Shown here in pieces: positions 49,415 to 59,117 of a DNA stretch of 64,000 bases. The stretch is from contig CAWDSQ010000009.1 of assembly GCA_963804955.1 (NCBI GenBank), positions 147-64,146 of the forward strand, given 5' to 3'. The translations under genes were made by a program, and so were the position numbers. The notes beneath the pieces were generated by a model. That model was given only the letters and a program-made list of their open reading frames with translations, was not told where the DNA came from and did no database searches. The DNA is from an uncultured delta proteobacterium (GTDB taxonomy: Bacteria; Desulfobacterota; WTBG01; CAIYCZ01; CAIRTM01). How positions within the stretch are numbered: position 1 is the first letter of the stretch; each line of letters begins with the position of its first letter.

Positions 49415-49978
49415 TTACAGCAGACGGTATGGATATGCTCTTTTTGTCCATTCGCTTTGCGGATACATTTTTTGCAGCTGCTCATAAGCCTCCTTGAGCG
49501 GTGCTGGATTATGCGTGCTTTTATAGCCGCAGACACCGCGGACAAACATGGCCTCCGGCGCTGCATCGCTTGTGGAGTATGCCGACAACAGCTTCCCGAG
49601 GACGCCAAACGCCTTGTCAAAGAGCTCAAGATCGCTGAAGACTTTTGCGCTGCCGAGCATGAGCGATGGAACCAGCTCTTCGGCTGAGAGAAAGCCGACC
49701 GTCCGGTGATGTTCCTTGCCGTTCCAGTCAAGGGTGACCAGCGTCGGCGTCCAGGTTACTTTAAACTCTGATGCCAGGGGCTGATCGAAAGGTATGCGCA
49801 CGGCAATCATAGCCTCGGCAAGAAATGTTTCGACCGCCTTTTGTGGATACGTAACCGCATCCATCTGCTGGCAGCCGATTCAGCCGGGGTTGAAAAAATC
49901 AACCAAAACGGGCTTTTGTGCTGCCTGCGCCCTGGCAAGCGCTGCTTTCATATCGGTTTCCCAGGCTATTGTTCCCAT
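49415..49978 (-). CDS. Thioredoxin-fold protein with an in-frame UGA at the redox motif (candidate UxxC selenoprotein)
   Basis: SD AGGAGG then ATG 49978. 32 codons (..KPVLVDFFNPG), then TGA (49882-49880), then IGCQQMD... in the same frame as the 149-aa track ORF. Confidence 0.6.
49834..49874 (-). other. SECIS-like stem-loop downstream of the in-frame UGA
   Basis: Upper hairpin GGAUGCG-GUUA-CGUAUCC (49862-49845). Lower stem CUGCC/GGCGG (49874-49870 / 49838-49834). The apical loop starts about 24 nt after the UGA. Confidence 0.45.
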
Positions 49979-50126
49979 ACTGCCTCCTTATCGCTTAAGG
50001 GTTTATAAAAGGAAGGGAATACTCAGACTGACGTCAGAGTATAAATGTAGGTCATTTTATTTTTGATTACAATGGGGGGAGATTAGGGATCAGGGATCAG
50101 GGGCAGAGCCAAAGGCGGCACTCTTT

Positions 50127-50612
50127 TTATCGCCACACCTGCAGAATGAAGTAGCCGACCATGGTAATGGCTATCATCACCTTGCCGACGGCGCCGCATA
50201 AAAAGCCGACCAGTGTGCCATAGCCGACCTTCATGGATGCTTTCAGCTCGCTGCCTTTCACAAGCTCAAGAACAACGGCTCCGGCAAATGCACCGATGAT
50301 AAGGCCGATGATATTTGCCGTTATAAGCCCGAGGGTGCCGCCGATACAGGCGCCGATCATGCCCCATGTGCTGCCCCCGTACTTTTTTGCTCCAAGGGCG
50401 CTTGCTGCATAGTCAAGCCCCTGCCCGGCAAGGGCAAGCACTGCAAGCACGATAAGATCGGCCCAGCCGACAGCAGTGAAGTGCGTCTGCCAGGCATACA
50501 GCGCAGCACCGGCCAGTATCAGGGGCGAACCCGGCAGCATGGGCAGCAGCGACCCGGCAAGGCCAAGCAGCATCAAAACAACGGTAAGGGCTATGACAAG
50601 CTCATGCGGCAT
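50127..50612 (-). CDS. DUF456 family membrane protein
   Basis: About 161 aa from ATG 50612, which lies 5 nt after the upstream stop. The LPMLPGSPLILAGAALYAW pattern is typical of DUF456. Confidence 0.6.
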   Translation of the reverse strand: MPHELVIALTVVLMLLGLAGSLLPMLPGSPLILAGAALYAWQTHFTAVGWADLIVLAVLALAGQGLDYAASALGAKKYGGSTWGMIGACIGGTLGLITANIIGLIIGAFAGAVVLELVKGSELKASMKVGYGTLVGFLCGAVGKVMIAITMVGYFILQVWR

Positions 50613-50616
50613 GGCA

Positions 50617-51126
50617 TTACAGCTTTTCTTTGGCCAGGAAAACGCCCTTGTCGACCTTGGCGAAAAACTCCTGGTAGAATTTCTGGTCCTGGACCTGCAC
50701 GACCGCCATGATAGCGCCCCGGTTGTCATAGGTCTTCACCTGGAAGTTGACCCGAACGCGGGTCTGTTTGCCGTGGCCGCTTACCGTGCCGGAGCATTCA
50801 ACCACGGCATTTTTTTTCCAGCGGTCGTTTTCGTCTGAAAGCGCTTTTCCCCAGAACCCGCGGTCATCAACATCGATCTCCTTGGCAGCGGTGACCACGC
50901 CCAGGGCGGCATCGGCATTTTTTATGATATAGAAGTCGTCCTGCAGCACGTTCAAAAGCGCCTTCATGACCAGCAGCGTATCTGCTGTTTCAAAAGAGCG
51001 GGTCTGGAACTCGCGAATCTGAAGCTGCGACATGCGCGGGTCGATGCCGCCGCTCAGTGTGGAGGATGAGCAGGCGCACAGCAGGCACAGGGCGAAGCAG
51101 GAAAGGATTATTTTTGTCATGGCCAT
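50617..51126 (-). CDS. Putative lipoprotein of unknown function
   Basis: 169 aa with signal peptide and lipobox LLCAC. Confidence 0.55.
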   Translation of the reverse strand: MAMTKIILSCFALCLLCACSSSTLSGGIDPRMSQLQIREFQTRSFETADTLLVMKALLNVLQDDFYIIKNADAALGVVTAAKEIDVDDRGFWGKALSDENDRWKKNAVVECSGTVSGHGKQTRVRVNFQVKTYDNRGAIMAVVQVQDQKFYQEFFAKVDKGVFLAKEKL

Positions 51127-51131
51127 CCCCG

Positions 51132-51579
51132 CTAGAATTTGCTCATGTGATAGGAAAAGGTGCTGACCTCGCTATTTTTATTGAACTTGATGACTACGGT
51201 GAGGGTTTTTTGCGTCGAGCTTGATGCGCCCGAGCCGCCCCCGTATGAGCCGCCGACACCGCCCAGTATCATGGTCTTGCTTATCACAGCGCCGGCTGCC
51301 AAACCACCCTGCTACATCGCCCTTGCTCTGGGAGTAGGAGGCTTCGGTGGCGATTTTGTCATAGACCCAGGTTTCCATGCCTGCCTCATCGCGCGTGACG
51401 ATATTGGGCGAGCCGAGCGCTTCGGCAACGCTTGCCTGCGACATGCCGGTGCTGATTTCCTTCTGCACAATACCGAGCGTCATCTCCCGCTCTTTGGACG
51501 ATCGCAGGCTGCTTTCATGCATGCAGGACGCAAGAAACCCTGCACAGACGAGGCATATAATAAAAACGGTTTTATGCAT
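51132..51579 (-). pseudogene. BamE/SmpA-OmlA-like lipoprotein with Gly-rich C-terminal region; one frameshift as sequenced
   Basis: Lipobox FLASC and a SmpA-like core GMSQASVAEALGSPN...ETWVYDK. The C-terminus ...GGLAAGAVI...GGVGGSYGGGSGASSS..TLTVVIKFNKNSEVSTFSYHMSKF is reached after removing one G at 51307-51309. Confidence 0.5.
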
Positions 51580-51811
51580 GACTGAACCTCCCTAAAAATT
51601 TGATTACAAAAGCCCGGCGCTTCGGGCCGCGTACTGTCGTAAAGTACGCATACTATACAAACACGTCTTGAGCCCTGCCTGCAACAAAAAATCTGCACAA
51701 AAAAAGGATTCATCAGCCGCAGCTGATGCATCCCGGTACCTCGCCGGAGATCTCATAATGTATCCTGTATTCGGCAAGCCTCGAAACGCAGCCGCGGATC
51801 AAGTTGTCCCG

Positions 51812-53753
51812 TCAAATTTCATAATACGTATAGCCGCGAAGCCCGGATTCATAGGCATGCATGATTTTATGCCTTTCAGCCCCCGTAATTTTTCCTTCAC
51901 GCACCGCATTTTCGGCTGCCTGACGGAACTGGTTCAATAAAACCTTGGTGTCGTATTCAACATAGGTCAGTACATCGGCGATGGAATCGCCTTCGAGTTC
52001 CCTGACAAAATCAAAACTCCCGTCATCATTCATCCGCACGCTCACGATATTGGTGTCGCCCAGGAGGTTGTGCAGGTCCCCCAGGGTTTCCTGATAGGCT
52101 CCGACCAGAAATACGCCCATAAAATATTCCTCGCCGGTTGTTATATCGTGAAGAGGCAAAGTGCTGCGCACATCGTGCAGGTCGATAAAACGGTCTATCT
52201 TGCCGTCGGAATCGCAGGTGATATCGGCAAGAATGGCTCTGCGGGTCGGGCACTCATTCAGCCGGTGCACGGGCATGATGGGGAAAAGCTGGTCGATGGC
52301 CCATGAATCCGGCAGCGACTGGAATATGCTGAAATTGCAGTAATAAATATCCGCCAGCGCAATGTCTATGCCCTCCAGTTCGACAGGAACCTGCTTGATT
52401 TTTTTTACTTCTTTGGCGATTTTGTTGATGATGTTCCAGAAAATTGTTTCGCACAGGGAACGCTCGCGCAGGCTGATCTCGCCGTGCCTGAAAAGCCGCT
52501 GAATCTCGTCCTTATAGTACAGGGCGTCGTTATAATACTCCTGAATGTTTTTAGTGTTCAGCGATGTGTACACATCCAGCAGATTCTGCAGCATCTCGTG
52601 CGAATCGGCGGGAAGAGCATCGGGAATGCTGAGACGCATCAAAGCGGCTGACATCCAGGATGTTAAACAGCAGCACTGAATAGTAGGCAACGGTGGCCCG
52701 CCCCGATTCCGTAATGATGGTCGGGTGCGGCAATTTTTTTTCATCAAGGTTCGCCATGACGATTTCGATAATATCGGCGCAGTATTCGTTCACCGAGTAG
52801 TTGCGGCTGCACCGGAAGTTGGTCTGCGATCCGTCATAGTCGACGGCAAGGCCGCCGCCGAGATCCAGAAACCCCATGGGCGCACCCTCCATAACCAGCT
52901 CGGTGTAATAGCGGCAGGCCTCGGCAACGCCCGCGCGGATGTCCCGAATGTTGGGGATCTGGGAGCCCAGGTGGTAATGCAGGAGCTGGAGGCAGTCGAT
53001 CATATTTTCCTGTTTCAGACGGTCGACAACGGCGATTATTTCAGAGGTGTTCAGGCCGAACAGGCTCCGGTCGCCCCCGGATTCCGCCCAGTGCCCTCCC
53101 GCCTTGAGCGATATCTTGAGCCGCACGCCCAGGCGGGGATTAATCCCAAGGGCCTTGGCCCTTCGCAGCACGAGATCCAGTTCGCAGGGCATCTCGATGA
53201 CGATAAAGCAATTGAAGCCAAGTTTGATGGAATAGAGGGCAAGATCGATGAACTTTTCGTCCTTGTATCCGTTGCAGATAATGCAGGCCTCGGGGTCCTT
53301 GATCATGGATATGGCGATGATGAGCTCGGCCTTGCTCCCGGCCTCAAGGCCGTGATGGTACCGCGCGCCGAAGCGGGTAATTTCTTCAATCACCTGCTGC
53401 TGCTGGTTTACCTTGATGGGATACACCCCGCGGTACTGGCCCTGGTAGTTGAACTGCTTGATCGCGTCATTGAAGCTTTCGTGCAGAATGGAAAGCTGGG
53501 AGTCAAGCATGTTCTCGATGCGCAGCAGCACCGGCAGGTCAAGGCCGCGCTCTTTAATCCCGGAAATGATCTCCATAAGGCTGATGGCCTGATGCTCCTG
53601 CCCCCGGATAGGCGTGGCTACAACTTCCCCCTTGTCGGAAATAGTGAAGAATTCCTTGCCCCAGTTGGGGATGCCGTATAATTCTTTGGAGTTTTCGATT
53701 GTCCAGCGGTTCAGCTTTCCGTTTTGTATCAGCGTCAGTTCTTTATCGTTCAT
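51812..53753 (-). pseudogene. speA: Biosynthetic arginine decarboxylase; one frameshift as sequenced
   Basis: The 416-aa and 311-aa ORFs together give an approximately 645-aa SpeA (YGIPNWG, YPIKVNQQ, GGGLAVDYDG, CDSDGKID). The frames join near 52645. The start is ATG 53753. Confidence 0.88.
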
Positions 53754-54544
53754 TCGTCGTGTCCTGTTCTGCGAATCATGTGTGCAAGCACTACCACCCA
53801 TGGCATCTCAATTAATTTAAATGTACTCCATTTCACTGCTTTTTGAAACCACATTTCGCGTGAGGATGTATGGCCAGCCGAATTTGTCGCTAAGATATTC
53901 TTTTTTTTCGAAAAAACCTAGAACACATTTGAGCCTGAACCGGAAACGATATAAAGATATGAAATAGTATGTAGCACAAAAAAGTTGGATTTGTAGAGCA
54001 TATTTTTGTAAAAAAAGTTCGGAATGCAGGTACGTTGTGACTGAAACTACCATATATATACTTTGCACCTTTAAAGAAAAATAAAAACAACACTTAGGCA
54101 ATAAAACAAGACATGGCCCGGCTTGCGGTTAATCTTTGATATGCCGGGAATGCAGCAGCATTGTACCAGAGCAGCTGTGCTGATCATTTCCTGTGTAAGC
54201 TCTTCTCCGTGCAGTACGCAAAACCCCGACACAGTTCTCTTCTTTTTATTCTCGCAGCACCAGCTCTTCCGTCCGCAATTCACCAAAAATTTACGCAACA
54301 TTAATTTATTCTTAATCCAGCGCAGCTATCCTTGTTTGCAAAACTGAAAAAACAGGCATTACGGAAACCAGATAAATACACGTGCAGACGTTGCAGTCAT
54401 TATATGCCAGCATGTTTTCAAAGCCGGATTATTCCGAAACAAGTTTTATCAATGTGCAATCCGCCAATGCCGCGCAGTGAAGGGGAAGGCAGGATTGTGT
54501 TTTAGCAAAAAATCTTATAGCAAAATGTGTTGATAGAATAAACA

Positions 54545-55717
54545 ATGAACGAGGCCGTTATAATGCACACGATATATTCAAAGCAGGAATTTATTACCAT
54601 CGTCGAACGCGAACGGGCACGTGCAGATCGAATGGCGGGGTGTTTCTCTGTTGTAATTTTCACTATGAATAAATTAAAAAAAAATGAGGGAGAGAAAAGG
54701 AATTTGTGCGAGCTTTTTATAAGAAACACCCGGGACTATGACGATATCGGATTTATTGCGAAACACTGCTTCGCCATACTTTTGCCTGAAACTTCATCGG
54801 AGCAAGCGCATAAGGTAGCGCACAAATTTTGCAGTGCCATGATACCTGAAAATCTGACTCCCACAGCTTCGGTTTTCACCTATCCCTCCGCCGTGGAACA
54901 CGGCAGGAAGGAACAGGCGCGGCATGCTGCAGTCGAGGGTTCCGGCACAATTCTCCACATAACGGAAGGGGCAAGCACGTATGGCAGCCTTTTGCAACAG
55001 TTGAACATCCCCGCTGCCCAGATGCCCTCATGGAAAAGGATAATGGATATAGCGGGTGCTGCTGCAGGCCTGTTTTTTCTGCTGCCGCTATGTACGCTTA
55101 TTGCGGCATATATAAAAAGCGTATCGCCGGGGCCCGTTCTTTTTAAACAGAAGCGCGTTGGTTTCCTCGGGAAACCTTTTCTGTGCTTTAAGTTCCGAAC
55201 CATGCATATCAATGCAAGTACAACCGTCCATAATGCCTATTTCAAGAACTTGACTGGCAGTGAAACCCCGATGGAAAAATTAGATACTGATGATCCTCGA
55301 ATTATTCCGTATGGCAGATTATTGAGAAAATCCGGCCTTGATGAGCTGCCGCAGCTGCTCAATGTGCTTTGGGGAGACATGAGCCTTATAGGGCCAAGGC
55401 CCTGTATACCGTATGAGGCAGAGCACTACCAGCATTGGCAGCTTAAACGATTTGAAGCGGTGCCCGGTATTACCGGGCTGTGGCAGGTGAATGGAAAAAA
55501 CAGGACAACCTGCAATGCAATGATGCGGTATGACATAGCCTATGCGATGAAGAAGAACCTTTGGCTTGATGCAAAAATACTGTTGAAAACCGGGCCGGCA
55601 ATTTTCGATCAGTTGCTTGCAGAAAAAGGTCACCGGCCTGTATTAAAACGACCTCTTATCACAACAAAACATAGTGTCGCAATTGCGCTTGAATACCGAA
55701 AATGCTACATTAAATAA
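54545..55717 (+). CDS. Polyprenyl-phosphate sugar-phosphate transferase (bacterial sugar transferase, WbaP/PglC-type catalytic domain) with a degenerate GGDEF-like N-terminal domain
   Basis: C-terminal half: TM helix IAGAAAGLFFLLPLCTLIAAYI, then KQKRVGF.GKPF..FKFRTM, DELPQL.NVL.GDMSLIGPRP. N-terminal 150 aa: ...RDYDDIGFIAKHCFAILLPETSSEQAHKVAHKF. Confidence 0.85.
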   Translation: MNEAVIMHTIYSKQEFITIVERERARADRMAGCFSVVIFTMNKLKKNEGEKRNLCELFIRNTRDYDDIGFIAKHCFAILLPETSSEQAHKVAHKFCSAMIPENLTPTASVFTYPSAVEHGRKEQARHAAVEGSGTILHITEGASTYGSLLQQLNIPAAQMPSWKRIMDIAGAAAGLFFLLPLCTLIAAYIKSVSPGPVLFKQKRVGFLGKPFLCFKFRTMHINASTTVHNAYFKNLTGSETPMEKLDTDDPRIIPYGRLLRKSGLDELPQLLNVLWGDMSLIGPRPCIPYEAEHYQHWQLKRFEAVPGITGLWQVNGKNRTTCNAMMRYDIAYAMKKNLWLDAKILLKTGPAIFDQLLAEKGHRPVLKRPLITTKHSVAIALEYRKCYIK

Positions 55718-55786
55718 GTACTTTGCTCATGCACTGTGTGATTAGTTAAATAAATTCAACAAACCGTAAACTAAATTGAGGCCATT

Positions 55787-55954
55787 ATGGGTTCAAAAGA
55801 AAAAACTCTCTGCGAGCTGAAAAAAGACTATTTAAAGGAAAACCTGCAGGACTATAAAAAGCTGGTGCGCGATGCCTGCTTTGTTTGTAAAAAGTGCGGC
55901 AGGGCTGCAAAAGATCCGGAAAGGCTGTGCAAGCCGGTTTCACTGGGGTCTTGA
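55787..55954 (+). CDS. Small Cys-containing protein (55 aa, below the ORF-track cutoff)
   Basis: MGSKEKTLCELKKDYLKENLQDYKKLVRDACFVCKKCGRAAKDPERLCKPVSLGS, with a CxxC plus two further Cys. No clear SD. Confidence 0.3.
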   Translation: MGSKEKTLCELKKDYLKENLQDYKKLVRDACFVCKKCGRAAKDPERLCKPVSLGS

Positions 55955-56001
55955 CCCGGGCTGTATATTTTTATAACAATTTCATGCGCGAGGACATGCC
56001 C

Positions 56002-56890
56002 ATGGCTTCAAAAATCGATCGGCTTATCGACATGCTCATTGTTCCGCCCGGCAAAAAAATTAAACTCAAAAAAGATTATGATCCGGGCGACACCGGCGGA
56101 CTTCGTGCAGAAAAAAGAAGCGCAGAAGTTACTGGCCGAAGGGGTACAACTGCTGGCCGGATACCAGAATAAGCTGTATGCACAAAACACGTATAGCCTT
56201 CTGATCATCCTTCAGGCCATGGACGCCGCAGGCAAAGACAGTACGATCAGGCATGTCATGTCAGGCTTGAATCCGCAGGGCACACAGGTCTACAGCTTTA
56301 AAGCCCCGTCGGCTGAAGACCTTGATCACACCTACCTGTGGCGAAACTTCAAGGCCCTTCCCGCACACGGGAATATCGGAATCTTCAACCGCTCCTATTA
56401 TGAAGAAGTGCTGGTCGCGCGCGTGCATGCCGACATCCTGGAGCGCCAGCAGCTTCCCCCCGAATTGAAAGATAAAAATATCTGGCAGCGGCGTTTTCGG
56501 GAAATCAACAACTTTGAAAAGTATCTGGTCGATAACGGAATGGTCATTTTAAAAGTCTTTCTTAACGTGTCAAAGGACGAGCAGAAGAAACGTTTTCTGG
56601 AGCGTATCGACCTGCCTGAGAAGAACTGGAAATTTTCAATGGCCGATGCCCGTGAACGCGGGTTCTGGAACCAGTATCAGGCAGCCTATGAAGACATGCT
56701 GAACAACACCAGTACAAAGCATGCCCCCTGGTATGTCGTTCCCGCGGACCACAAGTGGTTTACGCGCATTGCCGTGGCTGCCCTGATCTGTAAAACCCTG
56801 AAAGGCCTGAAGCTCGCCTATCCCGCCGTAAGCGAGGAGCACCGGCTGGAACTGTTGAAAGCCAGAAAAATGCTTGAAAGCGAAAAATGA
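56002..56890 (+). pseudogene. ppk2: Polyphosphate kinase 2 family, polyphosphate:nucleotide phosphotransferase type (class III-like); one frameshift as sequenced
   Basis: Walker A-like QAMDAAGKDSTI, FNRSYYEEV and a lid region. The N-terminal MASKIDRLIDMLIVPPGKKIKLKKDYDPGDTGG joins FVQKKEAQKLL... after removing one base near 56100. Confidence 0.85.
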
Positions 56891-57079
56891 ATTAGGTCAG
56901 GCCATTGCTGTGCAGCCGACCCGGGCTGCAAGGCCTTTAAAAAATGGCCTGGCCAATCCGCGGAGCCCGTTTCTGTGCGCCCGTGATAGTTTCAGACATT
57001 CAATCAATATGAATATAAAAAATATAACTCAGTTTTAACTCAGCCTTAACATATTTGTAACAAAAAAAGAGTATCTGTA

Positions 57080-58735
57080 ATGCATGAGAGAAAACCCCGA
57101 CTCACCTTTGCGGTGATGAAAAAAATGGAGCCCGCAAAAATCATAGCATTGCATCGACATTCTCCTCCGGACAAAAAAATCCGGCTCGTCTCCCTCGCGG
57201 ATCATCCGAAAAAAGACTTTCCCTTGCGAGTAGCGGCCGTCGACATCGGCTCCAATGCAATTCGCTTCATGGCTGCGGAATTTTTAAATTCTTCCAGGTA
57301 CATAGTGCTGGAAGCAGAGCGTGCCCCGATTCGTTTGGGTGCGGGAGCGTTCTCAAGCGGCCGGCTGGCCGCGGACGGAATAAAAGCTGCTTTGCAGGCT
57401 TTAGCGCGGTTTAAGGAGCGGCTTCGCATTTTAAACATCGAGCACTATCGTGTCATTGCCACCAGTGCGGTGCGTGAAAGCGCAAACGGCAAAAAATTCG
57501 CCCAGCAGGTACATGAACAGTTAGACATACCACTTGAAATTGTGAGCGGGTCGGAAGAAACGCAGCTTGTGTATCGATCTCTTAAGCCCCTTATCCATTT
57601 GGGGAAAGCCCCCTGGCTTCTTGCAAATCTGGGCGGAGGCAGCCTTGAAGTCGCTCTTGTGAATCAAAGCGGTGTACTGACCAGCGAAACCCACACTATC
57701 GGCGCAGTCAGGCTTTTGGAGGAATTTAAATCCTCCGCAGACAGCCCAAGGCAGTTCGTGCGGCTCCTGAAGGAGTATGTTGCCACGCTGCGTTTATCAC
57801 TGGAGGGCATCCGGGCGCCGCTGGCTGGTTTTATTGCCACGGGCGGCAATATCGAGGAGCTGGCCAAAATGGCAGACGCTCCCCAGAAAACCGGGGGCAT
57901 ACGGGATTTATCCGTTTCAGCGCTCAAGAGAGTGATGGAAGAACTGCCGCGCCTGTCGGTTAAACAGCGTATGGTGCGCTGGGGAATGTATCAGGACCGG
58001 GCCGATGTGGTAATGCCTGCCGCCGTGGTCTATGCGCACCTGGCAGCGTTAAGCGGACAGAAGAGCATGCGGGTGCCCTATGTGGGAACCAAGGAGGGAA
58101 TTCTTCTTGATTTGGTTGATCGCCTGACGCTCAACTCAACCTACACCCATCGAAAAGAAAAACAATTGCTGCATTTAACCGTAAGCCTGGGCAGGCGCTA
58201 CCAGTTTCACGAGGCTCACGGCCAGCAGGTCTGCAGGCTGGCGCTGGCGCTGTTTGAACAGCTGCAGACGCTGCATGGTCTTGCCCCTGACGACCATCGC
58301 ATTTTAATGGTTGCCGCTCTGCTGCACGACATCGGCGGCTATATAAGCTATAAAAAGCACCATAAGCATTCATTGTATTTGATTGCGCAATCGGAACTGC
58401 CGGGATTCAGCTCCGAGGACATGCTGATGGCAGCCAACATCGCCCGGTATCACCGAAAGAACAGCCCGCAGCCCGACCACGAACAGTTCTCCCGCTTAAC
58501 CAAATCCCAGCGCCTGCGCGTTACCAAGCTGGCCTCGCTGCTGCGGATTGCCGACGCTCTGGACCGCGATCACGCGCAAACCATCAAACGACTTACCGCA
58601 AGCGTCCGGCAGCCATATCTGGATTTAAAAATTACCGGCAAGGGGTTCCGCGATCTAGAGCATTGGTCGCTCCAGCGCAAGGCGCAATTATTTACCGACC
58701 TGTTCGGCCTGCGTGTGCGGATTGTAAACGCCTGA
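57080..58735 (+). CDS. ppx: Ppx/GppA family exopolyphosphatase / pppGpp 5'-phosphohydrolase with C-terminal HD domain
   Basis: 551 aa. ASKHA-fold motifs AAVDIGSNAIRF, ATSAVRES and GGGSLE. HD region LLHDIG. Confidence 0.88.
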   Translation: MHERKPRLTFAVMKKMEPAKIIALHRHSPPDKKIRLVSLADHPKKDFPLRVAAVDIGSNAIRFMAAEFLNSSRYIVLEAERAPIRLGAGAFSSGRLAADGIKAALQALARFKERLRILNIEHYRVIATSAVRESANGKKFAQQVHEQLDIPLEIVSGSEETQLVYRSLKPLIHLGKAPWLLANLGGGSLEVALVNQSGVLTSETHTIGAVRLLEEFKSSADSPRQFVRLLKEYVATLRLSLEGIRAPLAGFIATGGNIEELAKMADAPQKTGGIRDLSVSALKRVMEELPRLSVKQRMVRWGMYQDRADVVMPAAVVYAHLAALSGQKSMRVPYVGTKEGILLDLVDRLTLNSTYTHRKEKQLLHLTVSLGRRYQFHEAHGQQVCRLALALFEQLQTLHGLAPDDHRILMVAALLHDIGGYISYKKHHKHSLYLIAQSELPGFSSEDMLMAANIARYHRKNSPQPDHEQFSRLTKSQRLRVTKLASLLRIADALDRDHAQTIKRLTASVRQPYLDLKITGKGFRDLEHWSLQRKAQLFTDLFGLRVRIVNA

Positions 58736-59117
58736 CCTGTGCCGAGCTTCGGGACTGTTAATCAGACAGAATACTACAGTCATATTTTTCAGTGGTTTTG
58801 ATGGATGTCATCTTTTACGCAGCCGGGATTGCGCCTGCAGCAGAAGATGATGATATAAAAGTTGTTTTTATTCTTTTTTAAAAATATGCGGCTTTTACTA
58901 AAAAACGGTGGTTTTAAAATCAAGTTTTCTGGCCACGCTTCCCCAAAAATTTTTTTGGCAAACAGCAGCATAAATTTAACTTTTGTATGCTATATAGAAA
59001 ATCTGTTTTTATGCACGCCATGCCTGTCTGCTAAACCCATACGGTTTATAGTGGTGCCGAAGTTTCCCTACAGGGAAATGCCTGGACACTGTATGTGCAT
59101 AAACCATGTACGGGAGG

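Noticed and set aside
50084-50103. Tandem AGGGATC AGGGATC AGGGG repeat
   Set aside because: It has only about 2.5 copies of a 7-mer in a spacer. That is too short to call a CRISPR array, a VNTR or a regulatory array.
54114-54126. TGGCCCGGCTTGC as a sigma54 promoter in the AT-rich spacer
   Set aside because: The GG to GC spacing is two nt too short relative to the -24/-12 consensus.
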